This document shows positions 1 to 9,410 of a DNA stretch of 64,000 nt, piece by piece. Position numbers and translations under genes: made by a program. Every line of letters begins with the position of its first letter. Positions within the stretch are counted from its first letter, which is position 1. The notes below the pieces were generated by a model. That model was not told where the DNA came from, did not search any database, and saw nothing but the letters and a program-made list of their open reading frames with translations. Origin of the DNA: an uncultured Acidobacteriota bacterium (lineage in GTDB: Bacteria; Acidobacteriota; Thermoanaerobaculia; Multivoradales; UBA5704); the NCBI GenBank assembly GCA_963770895.1, contig CAVYRF010000001.1:288001-352000 (forward strand), in the 5' to 3' direction.

Positions 1-7
1 CGGACGG

Positions 8-2491
8 GTGGCGGTCGTGCACGGGTTGCGGCTGGAGCGCGATGCGTTCCAGCTGGAGCTGGCGTCCGGGGCGCTCTACCTGGTGGCGCCGGTGGGCGGC
101 CGCACCGTGGGGGCGGTCTTTGTCGGCCAGGGCACACTGCGGTTGCGGCCGGACACGGCGGTCGAGCGGCGGCAGCTGGGGCTCTACCTTGGCGAGGGCA
201 AGGACTTTGACGCGCTCGCCGATTCCTTCGACGAGATGCTGCTGCTGTTCACCGACGGCACCGCGGCGCAGATCGGCCAGGCGGCTGCGATCGAGCAGCG
301 CGCGGTCGAGCCGCGCGTCCAGCAGGTCTACGAACGGTGGCTGGCGCGCCAGCGCCAGGATTTCCATCTGAATCTCCAGCTGCGCCTGGCGCGCGACCTG
401 CTCAACCACCCCGGCCAGGACGGCGGCGCGTTCCTGGCGCTGCTTGCCGGCAGGCGGCTGCCGCCGGCGCTGCTGGCCGCCGATCGCGACGGCGTCGGGT
501 CGCTGGTGACCGGCTTCCGCCTCGGCCGGGCGCCGGCCATGCTCTATGTGCCCGATCCACGGCGCGGTGGCTTCTGGTACCTGAGCGACCGGCCCGGTGG
601 CGGTGACCAGGCTTCAGGCCCGGCGGTGCCGCTGGCGGAGGCTCTGGGCTATCGCGTCGACACGACGGTGCGTCGCGATACGGACCTGGCCGGCGTCACC
701 ACCATCCGGCTGCGCGTGGCGGCGCCCGGCCTGCGCCTGCTGCCGATCCACCTGGCGCCGCGGCTGCGGCTGGCTGAAGTGTCGTATCGGGAGCTGGCCC
801 CTGGCGCGGCAAATGGTGCCGGCCCGGCGGCTGCCGCCGGCGCACAGGACGGCACCGGCCCGGCGGCCGACCCCGGCGCGCCGGACGGCGGCGACGCGGC
901 GGCGGTGGTCCAGGCTCCCGCTGCCGCCAGCCGGGCGGCCGGTTGGGTACAGGAAGACGCCGCCCTGGACGGCGGCGACGCGGCGATTGTCTTCCCCGAC
1001 CGGCTGGAGGCGGGAACGACGCTGGCGTTGCGTCTGGCCTATCAAGGCGACGCCGTGCTGCGCGACGCCGGCGACAAGAACTATTACGTGGATGCACGCG
1101 CCAGCTGGTATCCCAACCTGGGGACCTTCGCGCAGCCGGCGCCTTTCCAGCTGAGCTACCGGGTGCCGGCCGGCAACCAGGTGATTTCGGTCGGCCGCCT
1201 GCTCAGCGCCGGCGACCAGGGCGGCCAGGCGGTTTCGCAGTGGCAGACCGACGGCGGCATCCGCGTCGCCGGCTTCAACTACGGTCGCTTCAAGAAACTG
1301 GAACAGAGCGATGAGGCAAGCGGCGTGCAGCTGCAGGTCTTCACCAATCCCGGCACGCCGGACGCCGTGCGCACCATCAACTCCGCCATGCGGGGCGAGC
1401 CGCGTGCCATCGGCCTGCTGCCCCCCGGAACGCTCTACAACACCGCGCCGCAGGCCAGCCTGGGCGTCGTCAACACCGCGCGCCTGGCGGAGCAGGCGAT
1501 GGCCGACGGCATCAACGCCGCCCGCATCTTCACCACCTACTTCGGGCCGCTGGCCGCGCCGCACGTCGCGATCACCCAGCAGTCGCAATTCACCTTCGGC
1601 CAATCCTGGCCGTCGCTGATCTTCATGCCCTATCTCGCCTTCCTGGACGGCACGCAGCGCCAGCGGCTGGGCCTGGCCGGCGCCAACGACTTTGTGGAGC
1701 AGGTCGGTTTTCACGAGCTGGCACACCAGTGGTGGGGCCACCTGGTGGGCGCCAGCACCTACCGCGACGTCTGGTTGGAAGAGGGCTTCGCCGAGTTTTC
1801 CGCCGCGCTCGCCGTGCAGCACACCCTGGGCTGGAACGCCTACGTCCGCTTCTGGAGCGAAGCGCGCCAGCGCCTGTTCACCCTGCCGCGCCACGGTGCC
1901 CTCGCCGGCGCCGACGCCGGCCCCATCCGCCAGGGCTTCCGCCTGGCCACCGAGCGCAGCCCCGGCGCCTACCAGGCCGTCGTCTACGGCAAGGGCGGCT
2001 ACGTCCTGCACATGCTGCGCATGCTCCTGTGGGACAGCGCCGCCAAGGAGCCCGACCACCGCTTTGTCGACCTGATGCACGACTACACCGCCACCTTCGC
2101 CGGCAAACAGGCCACGACCGCCGACTTCCAGCACGTCGTCGAGCGCCACATGACGCCGGCGATGGACGCCGCCGGCGACGGCACCATGACCTGGTTCTTC
2201 CGCCAATGGGTCGAAGGCACCGAAACTCCGCGCTACGTCGCCGACCTGCGCCTGCAACCGGCCGGCGACCAGCTCCGCATCGCCGGCACCATCGCCCAAC
2301 AGGGCGTCGGCGCCGACTTTCACGCCACCCTGCCCATCTACCTGGAATTCCCCAACCGCCAATACGTGCGCGTCGGCACCGTGCCCGTCACCGGCAGCGC
2401 CGTCGTCCCCGTCGACCTGCAGCTGAAAGTCCCCAAGCGTCCGCTCGCCGCCGCCATCAACGCGCGCGGCGAAGTCCTGGCGCGCGACTGA
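8..2491 (+). CDS. M1-family (gluzincin) Zn aminopeptidase, probably 5'-truncated by the window edge
   Basis: HELAH-x18-E zinc motif (HELAHQWWG...WLEEGFAEF) and downstream YGKG motif; frame is open back to the window start. Confidence 0.85.
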   Translation: MAVVHGLRLERDAFQLELASGALYLVAPVGGRTVGAVFVGQGTLRLRPDTAVERRQLGLYLGEGKDFDALADSFDEMLLLFTDGTAAQIGQAAAIEQRAVEPRVQQVYERWLARQRQDFHLNLQLRLARDLLNHPGQDGGAFLALLAGRRLPPALLAADRDGVGSLVTGFRLGRAPAMLYVPDPRRGGFWYLSDRPGGGDQASGPAVPLAEALGYRVDTTVRRDTDLAGVTTIRLRVAAPGLRLLPIHLAPRLRLAEVSYRELAPGAANGAGPAAAAGAQDGTGPAADPGAPDGGDAAAVVQAPAAASRAAGWVQEDAALDGGDAAIVFPDRLEAGTTLALRLAYQGDAVLRDAGDKNYYVDARASWYPNLGTFAQPAPFQLSYRVPAGNQVISVGRLLSAGDQGGQAVSQWQTDGGIRVAGFNYGRFKKLEQSDEASGVQLQVFTNPGTPDAVRTINSAMRGEPRAIGLLPPGTLYNTAPQASLGVVNTARLAEQAMADGINAARIFTTYFGPLAAPHVAITQQSQFTFGQSWPSLIFMPYLAFLDGTQRQRLGLAGANDFVEQVGFHELAHQWWGHLVGASTYRDVWLEEGFAEFSAALAVQHTLGWNAYVRFWSEARQRLFTLPRHGALAGADAGPIRQGFRLATERSPGAYQAVVYGKGGYVLHMLRMLLWDSAAKEPDHRFVDLMHDYTATFAGKQATTADFQHVVERHMTPAMDAAGDGTMTWFFRQWVEGTETPRYVADLRLQPAGDQLRIAGTIAQQGVGADFHATLPIYLEFPNRQYVRVGTVPVTGSAVVPVDLQLKVPKRPLAAAINARGEVLARD

Positions 2492-2533
2492 GCGGCCCCC
2501 AGGCCCACACGCACGTCGGCGCGGCACGCATTT

Positions 2534-2569
2534 TGCGATTGGCCAACCCAGTGCGATTGACCAACCCAG
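2534..2569 (+). repeat. 18-bp tandem direct repeat directly upstream of the ku RBS
   Basis: tgcgattggccaacccag / tgcgattgaccaacccag (1 mismatch), followed by aaggagg. Confidence 0.8.
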
Positions 2570-2582
2570 AAGGAGGCGCGTC

Positions 2583-3596
2583 ATGGCCCATGCGATCTGG
2601 AAAGGCAACCTCAGCTTCGGCCTGGTCAACATCCCGGTGAGCCTGGTCGCGGCGGAAAAGACCGACGAGCTGCACTTTCATCTGCTCGACCGGCGCGACA
2701 AGTCCGCCATCAAATACCAGAGGGTCAACGCCCAGACCGGACGCGAGGTCCCCTGGGACGACATCGTGCGCGGCTATGAATTCGAGCCCGATCGCTACGT
2801 GATCTTTTCCGACGACGATTTCAAGCGCGCCAATCCCGTCAGCACCCAGACCGTCGAGATCCTGGAGTTTGTCGACCTGTCCCAGATCTCCACCCTCTAC
2901 TTCGACAAACCTTACTATCTTGCTCCCGACGGCAAGGCCACCAAGTCCTACGCCCTGCTGCGCGAAACCCTCTCCCGCAGCGGCAAGGCCGGCATCGCCA
3001 AGGTCGTCATCCACACCCGCCAGCACCTGGCCGCCGTCATCGCCACCGAAAACCTCATCGTCCTCAACCTGATGCGCTTCGCCGACGAGCTCCGCGACCC
3101 CGCCGACCTGGACCTGCCCGCCGCCGCCGCGCGCCTCACCGACAAGGAGCTCAAAATGGCCCGGCAGCTGGTCGACTCCATGATCGAAACCTGGGACCCC
3201 AGCCGCTACCGCGACGACTACCGCACCGACGTCAAAGCCCTCATCGACCGCCGCGTCGCCGCCGGAGACCTGGAAGCCGGCAAGAAGCTCCCCGCCCCCC
3301 GCCGCCCCGCCGCCGGCAAGGTCGTCGACCTCATGGCCCTGCTGCAAAAGAGCCTGCAGGAAGGCGGCAAACGCCGCTCCGCCACCACCCGCTCCAGCAG
3401 CGCCCATGCCGCCGCCAACCGCTCCAACCGCCCCGCCGCCAGCCGCGCCGCCGGCGCCAAAGCTCCTGCCAAGTCCGCCGCTGCCGCCGCCAAACCCGCC
3501 GCCGGCAAGGCCGCTGCCACCGGCGCCAAAGCTGCCGCCCGCCGCCGCCCCGCGGCGTCCCACGCCGCCACCCGCTCCCGCCGCCGCACCGCCTGA
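2583..3596 (+). CDS. ku: Ku non-homologous end-joining protein with basic Ala/Lys/Arg-rich C-tail
   Basis: AIWKGNLSFGLVNIPV N-terminus, YFDKPYYL, VVDLMALLQKSL; good SD. Confidence 0.95.
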   Translation: MAHAIWKGNLSFGLVNIPVSLVAAEKTDELHFHLLDRRDKSAIKYQRVNAQTGREVPWDDIVRGYEFEPDRYVIFSDDDFKRANPVSTQTVEILEFVDLSQISTLYFDKPYYLAPDGKATKSYALLRETLSRSGKAGIAKVVIHTRQHLAAVIATENLIVLNLMRFADELRDPADLDLPAAAARLTDKELKMARQLVDSMIETWDPSRYRDDYRTDVKALIDRRVAAGDLEAGKKLPAPRRPAAGKVVDLMALLQKSLQEGGKRRSATTRSSSAHAAANRSNRPAASRAAGAKAPAKSAAAAAKPAAGKAAATGAKAAARRRPAASHAATRSRRRTA

Positions 3597-3810
3597 GCCC
3601 GGTCGCCGCACCGCCGAGCCCGGTAGCCGCACTGCCTTCGCCCGGTCGCCGCACCGCCTCAGCCCCTCGTCGCGGGGCGACGCCGGTCGTGACGCGACAA
3701 GTGCGCGCTGGAGTATGCTGCGCTCATACCGCCCCGCCGTACCCCCCACGCGCCTAGCCCTCCCGAGCAGGGCGGCGCGGAGGCGGGCCAACCCGTCCAA
3801 GGAGGACTCG

Positions 3811-4386
3811 ATGAGATCGAAGTCGCTGCTGCTCCTGGTCCTGACAGGCTGCGTCCTGACGCTGGTGCTGAGCGATCATTCGCTCGCCCAGCAGTCCAAG
3901 GAAACCGCCGCCGACGATGAAGCCGCCCGCATCCACATCGGCCTGACCATCGCCCCGGTGCCGCTCGCCTTGCGCCACAAAGACCCCAACCTGGTCGGCC
4001 TGGGCAGCTATCTGGTCAACACCCAAGCCGGCTGCAACGACTGCCACACCAACCCCTCCTACCTGCCGTCCGGAAATCCCTTCATGGGCGAGCCCGCCAA
4101 GATCAATGTCGCCGGCTACCTGGCGGGAGGCCAGGTCTTCGGCCCCTTCACCTCCCGCAACATCACCCCCGACGCCTCGGGCAATCCCGCCGGTCTGACC
4201 TTCGCCGGCTTCACCGCCGTCATGCGCACCGGCGTCGACCCCGACCACCTCCACCCCGCCCTGGGCCCGCTCCTCCAGGTCATGCCCTGGCCCACCTACT
4301 CCCGCATGACCGACCACGACCTGGCCGCCATCTACGAATATCTGCGCGCCATCCCCTCGCTCCCCGACGCCCCCGGCGCCAGCTAA
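3811..4386 (+). CDS. Exported monoheme c-type cytochrome
   Basis: SD ggagga then ATG 3811; signal peptide; CNDCH heme motif, SRNITPD, VMPW (candidate Met ligand), DLAAIYEYLR. Confidence 0.85.
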   Translation: MRSKSLLLLVLTGCVLTLVLSDHSLAQQSKETAADDEAARIHIGLTIAPVPLALRHKDPNLVGLGSYLVNTQAGCNDCHTNPSYLPSGNPFMGEPAKINVAGYLAGGQVFGPFTSRNITPDASGNPAGLTFAGFTAVMRTGVDPDHLHPALGPLLQVMPWPTYSRMTDHDLAAIYEYLRAIPSLPDAPGAS

Positions 4387-4620
4387 CCCGCGGAGCGCGC
4401 ACCCCGCCGGCGGTCCGGAGCCACCGCGCCCCGGCCGCCGGCCCGCAGGTCAGGACCGATCAACAGAGGCAATTCCCATCGATAATTTTGAAGTACTGCG
4501 GATTCGTGCCCCAGCACGTCAGCTCGCCATTCGCCATTCCCGATCCGTCCGGTCGCTCCACAGCCCGGCTGCAGCCATCCTGTGTGCCTGATATCCAGAC
4601 GGATCGCCCGCGGCCGGCTG

Positions 4621-4887
4621 CTACTCCTTGGCGTGATCCAGTTCGTGGAACTGGGTAATCTCGATGGTCCCGTCGGGAAAACGCGCGATGATTTCGAGTT
4701 CGCCGCCCATGGCTTCGACAAAGCGGCGCAATGTGCTGACGTACATATCGGTGCGATGTTCGATTTTCGAGATCTCCGGCTGGGTGGCGCCGAGCTCCCG
4801 GGCAAGCTGCTCTTGCGAGAGCTGGCGCGCGCGGCGCAGTTCTTGAAGCGGCATGGCGGCAAGAAGCTCCTGCTTTCGCTGCTCCAC
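4621..4887 (-). CDS. XRE/HigA-like HTH antitoxin, orphan, possibly 5'-damaged
   Basis: LQELRRARQLSQEQLARELGATQPEISKIEHRTDMYVSTLRRFVEAMGGELEIIARFP; in-frame upstream KKFRDL has no start codon. Confidence 0.75.
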   Translation of the reverse strand: MEQRKQELLAAMPLQELRRARQLSQEQLARELGATQPEISKIEHRTDMYVSTLRRFVEAMGGELEIIARFPDGTIEITQFHELDHAKE

Positions 4888-5112
4888 CGCGGCGCGCCAA
4901 GTGGCCGGCTTGTGGGTTATCAGATCGCGAAACTTCTTGTGACGAAGGGCTGAGGGGGCGGGGGCACGGCTCTATGGATCTGGCCGGCATGCGGTGCCGG
5001 CGGCGCCGTCCGATGGAAGCGGGACGCGCTGCGAGCCCTCGGTAGAGCGCTCCTCCGAATCCGACGATCTCGTTGCCGTCCCCGATGCTAGGATCTAACT
5101 GGAGGCCGAAAA

Positions 5113-5337
5113 ATGTCCGCAAGAACCTACACCGCCATCCTGGAGAGAGAAGGCGATCTCTATGTTGCCCTCTGTCCTGAGCTGGACGTGGCGAGTCAGG
5201 GACCCTCTGTCGAAGAGGCCACCGCGAACCTCAAGGAAGCTGTCGAGCTATTCCTGGAGTGCGCCGACCCCCGCGAGATCGCCGAGCGCGAGCACGGCAC
5301 CGTTTTCGTGACCCACTTCGAAGCCGTGCATGGGTAG
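5113..5337 (+). CDS. hicB: HicB-family antitoxin (short form)
   Basis: YTAILEREGDLYVALCPELDVASQGPSVEEATANLKEAVELFLE; overlaps hicA. Confidence 0.9.
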   Translation: MSARTYTAILEREGDLYVALCPELDVASQGPSVEEATANLKEAVELFLECADPREIAEREHGTVFVTHFEAVHG

Positions 5338-5551
5338 ACTCCGAGTTCTGTCTGGCCGCCAGATCTGCCAGATCCTCGCAAAAAAAGGCTTCGCAGAGGT
5401 CCGCCGGCGCGGCAGCCACATCGTCATGCAGCTCCGCACGGCGGAAACGACGGTCACTGTTCCGGTGCCCGATCATCATCAGGTGGCGATCGGAACGCTT
5501 CTGGCGATCATCCGCCAGAGCGGCATCGCACGCTCGGCATTCGAAACCTGA
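5330..5551 (+). CDS. hicA: HicA-family mRNase toxin
   Basis: GFAEVRRRGSHIVM...VPVPDH...GTLLAIIRQSG. Confidence 0.9.
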   Translation: MGRLRVLSGRQICQILAKKGFAEVRRRGSHIVMQLRTAETTVTVPVPDHHQVAIGTLLAIIRQSGIARSAFET

Positions 5552-5657
5552 CCGAGAGGAGGCGCCGGCGCGGCAGGCTTTAGGCGCACGAACTCTGTTG
5601 TGCGTGCCGCAGCAAGGGTGCCGCCGCCGACCCCGCGGCGGCCGCTGCGTACACCGC

Positions 5658-6722
5658 TCAGCCGGTGATCTGCGGGTGGCGGGGGGAGAGGCGCTGGGGG
5701 TCGCCGCCGGCGAGCTGGCGCAGGGCGGCTTCGGTGTAGCGGGCGGCCATGACGCCTCGCCATTGGGCTTGGTAGTCGGTGTTGTCCATGGGGGTGACGG
5801 TCTTGCGCACCAGGCGGCCGGCGGCGGCGAGCAGGTCCGCGTCGCCGGCGACGGCGGTGAGGGGCTGGCCGACCAGCAGGGCGGCGGCGGCGTCGGCGGC
5901 GGTGGGGGCGCTGGCGACGGCGCCCAGGTAGATTTTGGCGCGGGTGACGGTGCCGGCGGTGTCGGTCCAGACGGCGGCGGCCACGGAGAGGACGGCGAAG
6001 TCGATCGAGCCGCGGCGGCGTAGCTTCCAGAAGGCGGAACGGCACTCCTGGTTGCCGGCGGCGGCGGGCAGGGCGATCTGGGTCAGGATCTCGCCGGGCT
6101 GCTTCGCCAGGTATTGAATCCCGTCGTCGCGGTAGAGGTCGGCGATGGGCAGCTCGCGCTCTCCGACCTGGGAAGTCAGGCGGACGGTGGCGCCCAGGGC
6201 GCAGAGCATGGGGGCGGAGTCGGAGGCGGTGTGGGCCCAGCAGCGCGGCGAGCTGGTGGCGACCCAGCAGATGTGCCCGTCTTCTTTCATGCAGTAGTCG
6301 ATCGAACGGCGCCACTCTTCGGTCTGGTTGTAGTAGGTGCAGCGGGTGTCGACGCAGACGTTGCCGCCCAGGGTGCCCATGTTGCGCAGCGGCGGCGAGG
6401 AGATCGAGGCGACCGCGGTGGCGAGCGCCGGGTAGCGGGCGACGATGTGCGGGTGGCGGGCGACGTCGTCCAGGAGGGTGGTGGCGCCGATGCGCAGGCC
6501 GTCGCCGTCGCCGTTGTGGACGCCGGCCAGGCCGGGGATGCCCATCAGGGTGATGACCTTGGCGGCCTTCTGGTGGCGGCGCTTCATGTTCGGCCACAGG
6601 TCGGTGCCGCCGGCCACGACGCGCACCGGCGCGCCCTCGGCGGCGCCCTCTTCGACCAGCAGGCGCGCCGCGTCCTCAAGGGTTGTGGGACGCAGCAGCT
6701 GAAACGGCGGCAGGCGCAGCAT
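5658..6722 (-). CDS. FAD subunit of a xanthine-oxidase-family enzyme, 4-hydroxybenzoyl-CoA reductase beta (HcrB)-like, with Cys-rich Fe-S insert
   Basis: AGGTDL, RNMGTLGGN, Cys-rich insert CVDTRC...YC...ICW...RCWA; start at MLRLPPF. Confidence 0.85.
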   Translation of the reverse strand: MLRLPPFQLLRPTTLEDAARLLVEEGAAEGAPVRVVAGGTDLWPNMKRRHQKAAKVITLMGIPGLAGVHNGDGDGLRIGATTLLDDVARHPHIVARYPALATAVASISSPPLRNMGTLGGNVCVDTRCTYYNQTEEWRRSIDYCMKEDGHICWVATSSPRCWAHTASDSAPMLCALGATVRLTSQVGERELPIADLYRDDGIQYLAKQPGEILTQIALPAAAGNQECRSAFWKLRRRGSIDFAVLSVAAAVWTDTAGTVTRAKIYLGAVASAPTAADAAAALLVGQPLTAVAGDADLLAAAGRLVRKTVTPMDNTDYQAQWRGVMAARYTEAALRQLAGGDPQRLSPRHPQITG

Positions 6723-6723
6723 G

Positions 6724-9408
6724 TCAGTCTTGGCGATCCCGCGGGCCGCCGCCGGTGCCCGGATCGCGCGGGCCGCCACCAGTGCCGGCCGCCCGCGGGC
6801 CGCCGGCCTTGGGGCCGCCGCCAGCGCTGGCTCCGCCGCGGGTGCCCTTGCGGATGTCGGTGGTCATGGCGGCCAGGCGCTTTTGCCGCAGCATCTCTTC
6901 GCGCGTCGACATGGTGCCGCTGGCGCCGCGCATGCCGGAGCGCGGGCGGTCGGCGAACTCGTTGATGGCGGTGCCGTCGCCTCCCTGCTCGGGGGTGGGG
7001 ACGATGAGGCGCTCGCCGTAGTCGATCGCCGGGAAGGTGGCCGGGCCGAAGCGAGCTTCCTTGCCCTTGGCCTGGTTGTCCAGCGCCTTGAGGACCATGT
7101 AGGGCTGGATGGGCACCTGGTCGATGCGCACGCCCAGGGCGTCGTACAGGGCGTTGGCGACCGCCGGCATGATCGGCAGCAGCGGCCCCTGGCCGACTTC
7201 CTTGGCGCCGAAGGGGCCGCGCGGCTCGGGGTCTTCGATCAGGTAGGTGGTGACCGGCGGCATGTCGGGCAGGGTGAGGCTCTTGTACTCCAAAAGCGAC
7301 GGGTGGCGGTGCACCAGGGCGGACGACAGGTGGCGCGGCAGGCGGCGGAAGACCTGCTCTTCCATCATCACTTCGCCCAGGCCCATGTAGACGCTGCCTT
7401 CGACCTGGCCCATGACCAGCGCCGGGTTGAGGGCGCGGCCGATGTCGTGGGCGATCCAGACGTGGACGGGCCGCCAGATGCCGGTTTGTTCGTCGGCTTC
7501 GACTTCGACCACCGCGGCGCTGTAGGAGTAGGCGGGGGAGGGGCCGACGCCGGCGCCGCGGTAGCGGCCGGGCGAGCGCGGCGGCGTGTAGCTGCCGACG
7601 GTGCCCAGGGCGCCGTGGCGCGCTTCGGCGCAGATGACCGCTTCGGCGAAGGAGAGGCCGGTCGCGGGGTTGGCGGCGTCGAAGACGCGGCCGCCGGCGA
7701 AGACCAGCTGGTCGCCCGGCACCTCGAGCTGCGCCGCGACCGCCGACGCGATCAGGTCGCGGGCGCGTTCCGCCGCTTGCAGCGCGGCGTTGCCGACCAT
7801 GAGGGTGACGCGCGAGGAGTAGCTGCCCAGGTCGACCGGCGTCAGGTCGGTGTCGGCGACGCACAGCCGGATGTCGGCCAGGGCGATGCCCAGCACTTCG
7901 GCGACCACGGCGGCGAGCACCGAGTCGGACCCCTGGCCGATTTCGGTTTCGCCGCAGAAGACGGCGACGCAGCCGGAGCGGTCGAGCTTGAGCTGCACCG
8001 CCGATTGCGGCATGTGGTTCCAGTAGATGGGCAGCCCGGCGCCGCACAGGTAGGAGCCGCAGGCCAGGCCCAGGCCGCGCCCGCGCGGCAGCCGCCCGCG
8101 GCGCTCGCGGAAGCCGCTGCCGGCGACCACGGCTTCGATGCAGCTCTTGAGGCCGATGGTGCCGATGCGCAGCCAGTTGGCGGTGATCGAGTCGGGCGGC
8201 GCCAGCATGCGCAGGCGCAGGTCGGCGGGGTCGATGCCTAGACTCACCGCGATCTTGTCGAGCTGGACTTCGAAGCCGAAGCGCGGCTGCGGCGTGCCGT
8301 GGCCGCGCTTGGGGCCGCACGGCGGCTTGTTGGTGAACATGCGCGCGCCTTCGAAGCGGTAGGCGGGCAGCTTGTAGGTCACCGTCTGCAGGGCGCCGGT
8401 GTAGTACGTCGAGGCGACGCCGTAGCTGCCGTAGGCGCCGCCGTCGAGCGCCGTCTGCAGGTGTTGCGCGGTGATGGTGCCGTCGCTGCGCACGCCGGTG
8501 CGCAGGCGCATCAGCACCGGGTGGCGGCCGCGATGGCAGTAGAAGACCTCTTCGCGGGTGAGCGACACCTTGACCGGGCGGCCCAGCTTGAGCGCCATCT
8601 TGGCGGCGACGATCTCATGGTTGAACGGGTCGCTCTTGCCGCCGAAGCCGCCGCCGTTCGAGCAGGCGATGACCCGGATGCGCGCCGGCGGCAGCTCCAG
8701 GACGCGCGCCAGGGCGCGGTGGGCGTAGTGCGGCGTCTGCGTCGAGGAGTAGACGGTGACCCGCTCGTCGTCTTCGGGGACCGCGACGGTGGCGTGCTGC
8801 TCCATGGCCAGGTGGGTGTTGCCTTCGTAGAAGAAGACGTCTTCGAACACCTGGTCGGCCGCCGCGAACCCCTGGTCGACGGCGCCGAACTCCATCGCCA
8901 CCCGCTTGTGCACGTTGCCGACGTCGCCGTAGTCGTGCAGCCTGGGTTCAGGGGTGGCGAGCGCCTCTTCGATGCCGGAGATGGTCGCCAGCTGCTCGTA
9001 GTGGACGCGCACCCGGTAGGCGGCTTCGTAGGCGGCGTCTTCGGTGACCGCCGCCACCGCCGCCACCGGGTCGCCGACGAAGCGCACGCGGTCGGGGCAC
9101 AGCGCATGCTCGTCCTGCGAGACGGGCAGGATGCCGAACGGGATCGGCATGTCCTGCCCGGTCAGGAAGCCGAGCACGCCGTCGACCTTGGCGGCTTCGG
9201 TCAGATCGATGCTGACGATGCGGGCGTGCGGCACCGTCGAGCGCACCAGCCGCAGGTAGACCATGCGCGGAAAGCTGAGGTCGTCGGCGAAGCGGGTGCT
9301 GCCGGTCACCTTGGCGCGGCCGTCGACGCGGCGGAAGGGCTTGCCGATGATGTTCGGTTCGCGCTCGCGGACCGGCTCGGGCGCCGGCTTGGGGATGGGT
9401 TCGGCCAT
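6724..9408 (-). CDS. Molybdopterin-binding large subunit, HcrA-like
   Basis: DGRAKVTG, GGGFGGK, PPCGPKRGHG, IGQGSD, YSSRVT, GQVEG, GPFGAKEVGQ; start at MAEPIPK just after the small-subunit stop. Confidence 0.88.
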   Translation of the reverse strand: MAEPIPKPAPEPVREREPNIIGKPFRRVDGRAKVTGSTRFADDLSFPRMVYLRLVRSTVPHARIVSIDLTEAAKVDGVLGFLTGQDMPIPFGILPVSQDEHALCPDRVRFVGDPVAAVAAVTEDAAYEAAYRVRVHYEQLATISGIEEALATPEPRLHDYGDVGNVHKRVAMEFGAVDQGFAAADQVFEDVFFYEGNTHLAMEQHATVAVPEDDERVTVYSSTQTPHYAHRALARVLELPPARIRVIACSNGGGFGGKSDPFNHEIVAAKMALKLGRPVKVSLTREEVFYCHRGRHPVLMRLRTGVRSDGTITAQHLQTALDGGAYGSYGVASTYYTGALQTVTYKLPAYRFEGARMFTNKPPCGPKRGHGTPQPRFGFEVQLDKIAVSLGIDPADLRLRMLAPPDSITANWLRIGTIGLKSCIEAVVAGSGFRERRGRLPRGRGLGLACGSYLCGAGLPIYWNHMPQSAVQLKLDRSGCVAVFCGETEIGQGSDSVLAAVVAEVLGIALADIRLCVADTDLTPVDLGSYSSRVTLMVGNAALQAAERARDLIASAVAAQLEVPGDQLVFAGGRVFDAANPATGLSFAEAVICAEARHGALGTVGSYTPPRSPGRYRGAGVGPSPAYSYSAAVVEVEADEQTGIWRPVHVWIAHDIGRALNPALVMGQVEGSVYMGLGEVMMEEQVFRRLPRHLSSALVHRHPSLLEYKSLTLPDMPPVTTYLIEDPEPRGPFGAKEVGQGPLLPIMPAVANALYDALGVRIDQVPIQPYMVLKALDNQAKGKEARFGPATFPAIDYGERLIVPTPEQGGDGTAINEFADRPRSGMRGASGTMSTREEMLRQKRLAAMTTDIRKGTRGGASAGGGPKAGGPRAAGTGGGPRDPGTGGGPRDRQD

Positions 9409-9410
9409 GG

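Noticed and set aside
4460-4540. Small Cys-containing ORF MANGELTCWGTNPQYFKIIDGNCLC (minus strand) as another RiPP precursor
   Set aside because: No clear SD, no leader motif and no paralog; not supportable
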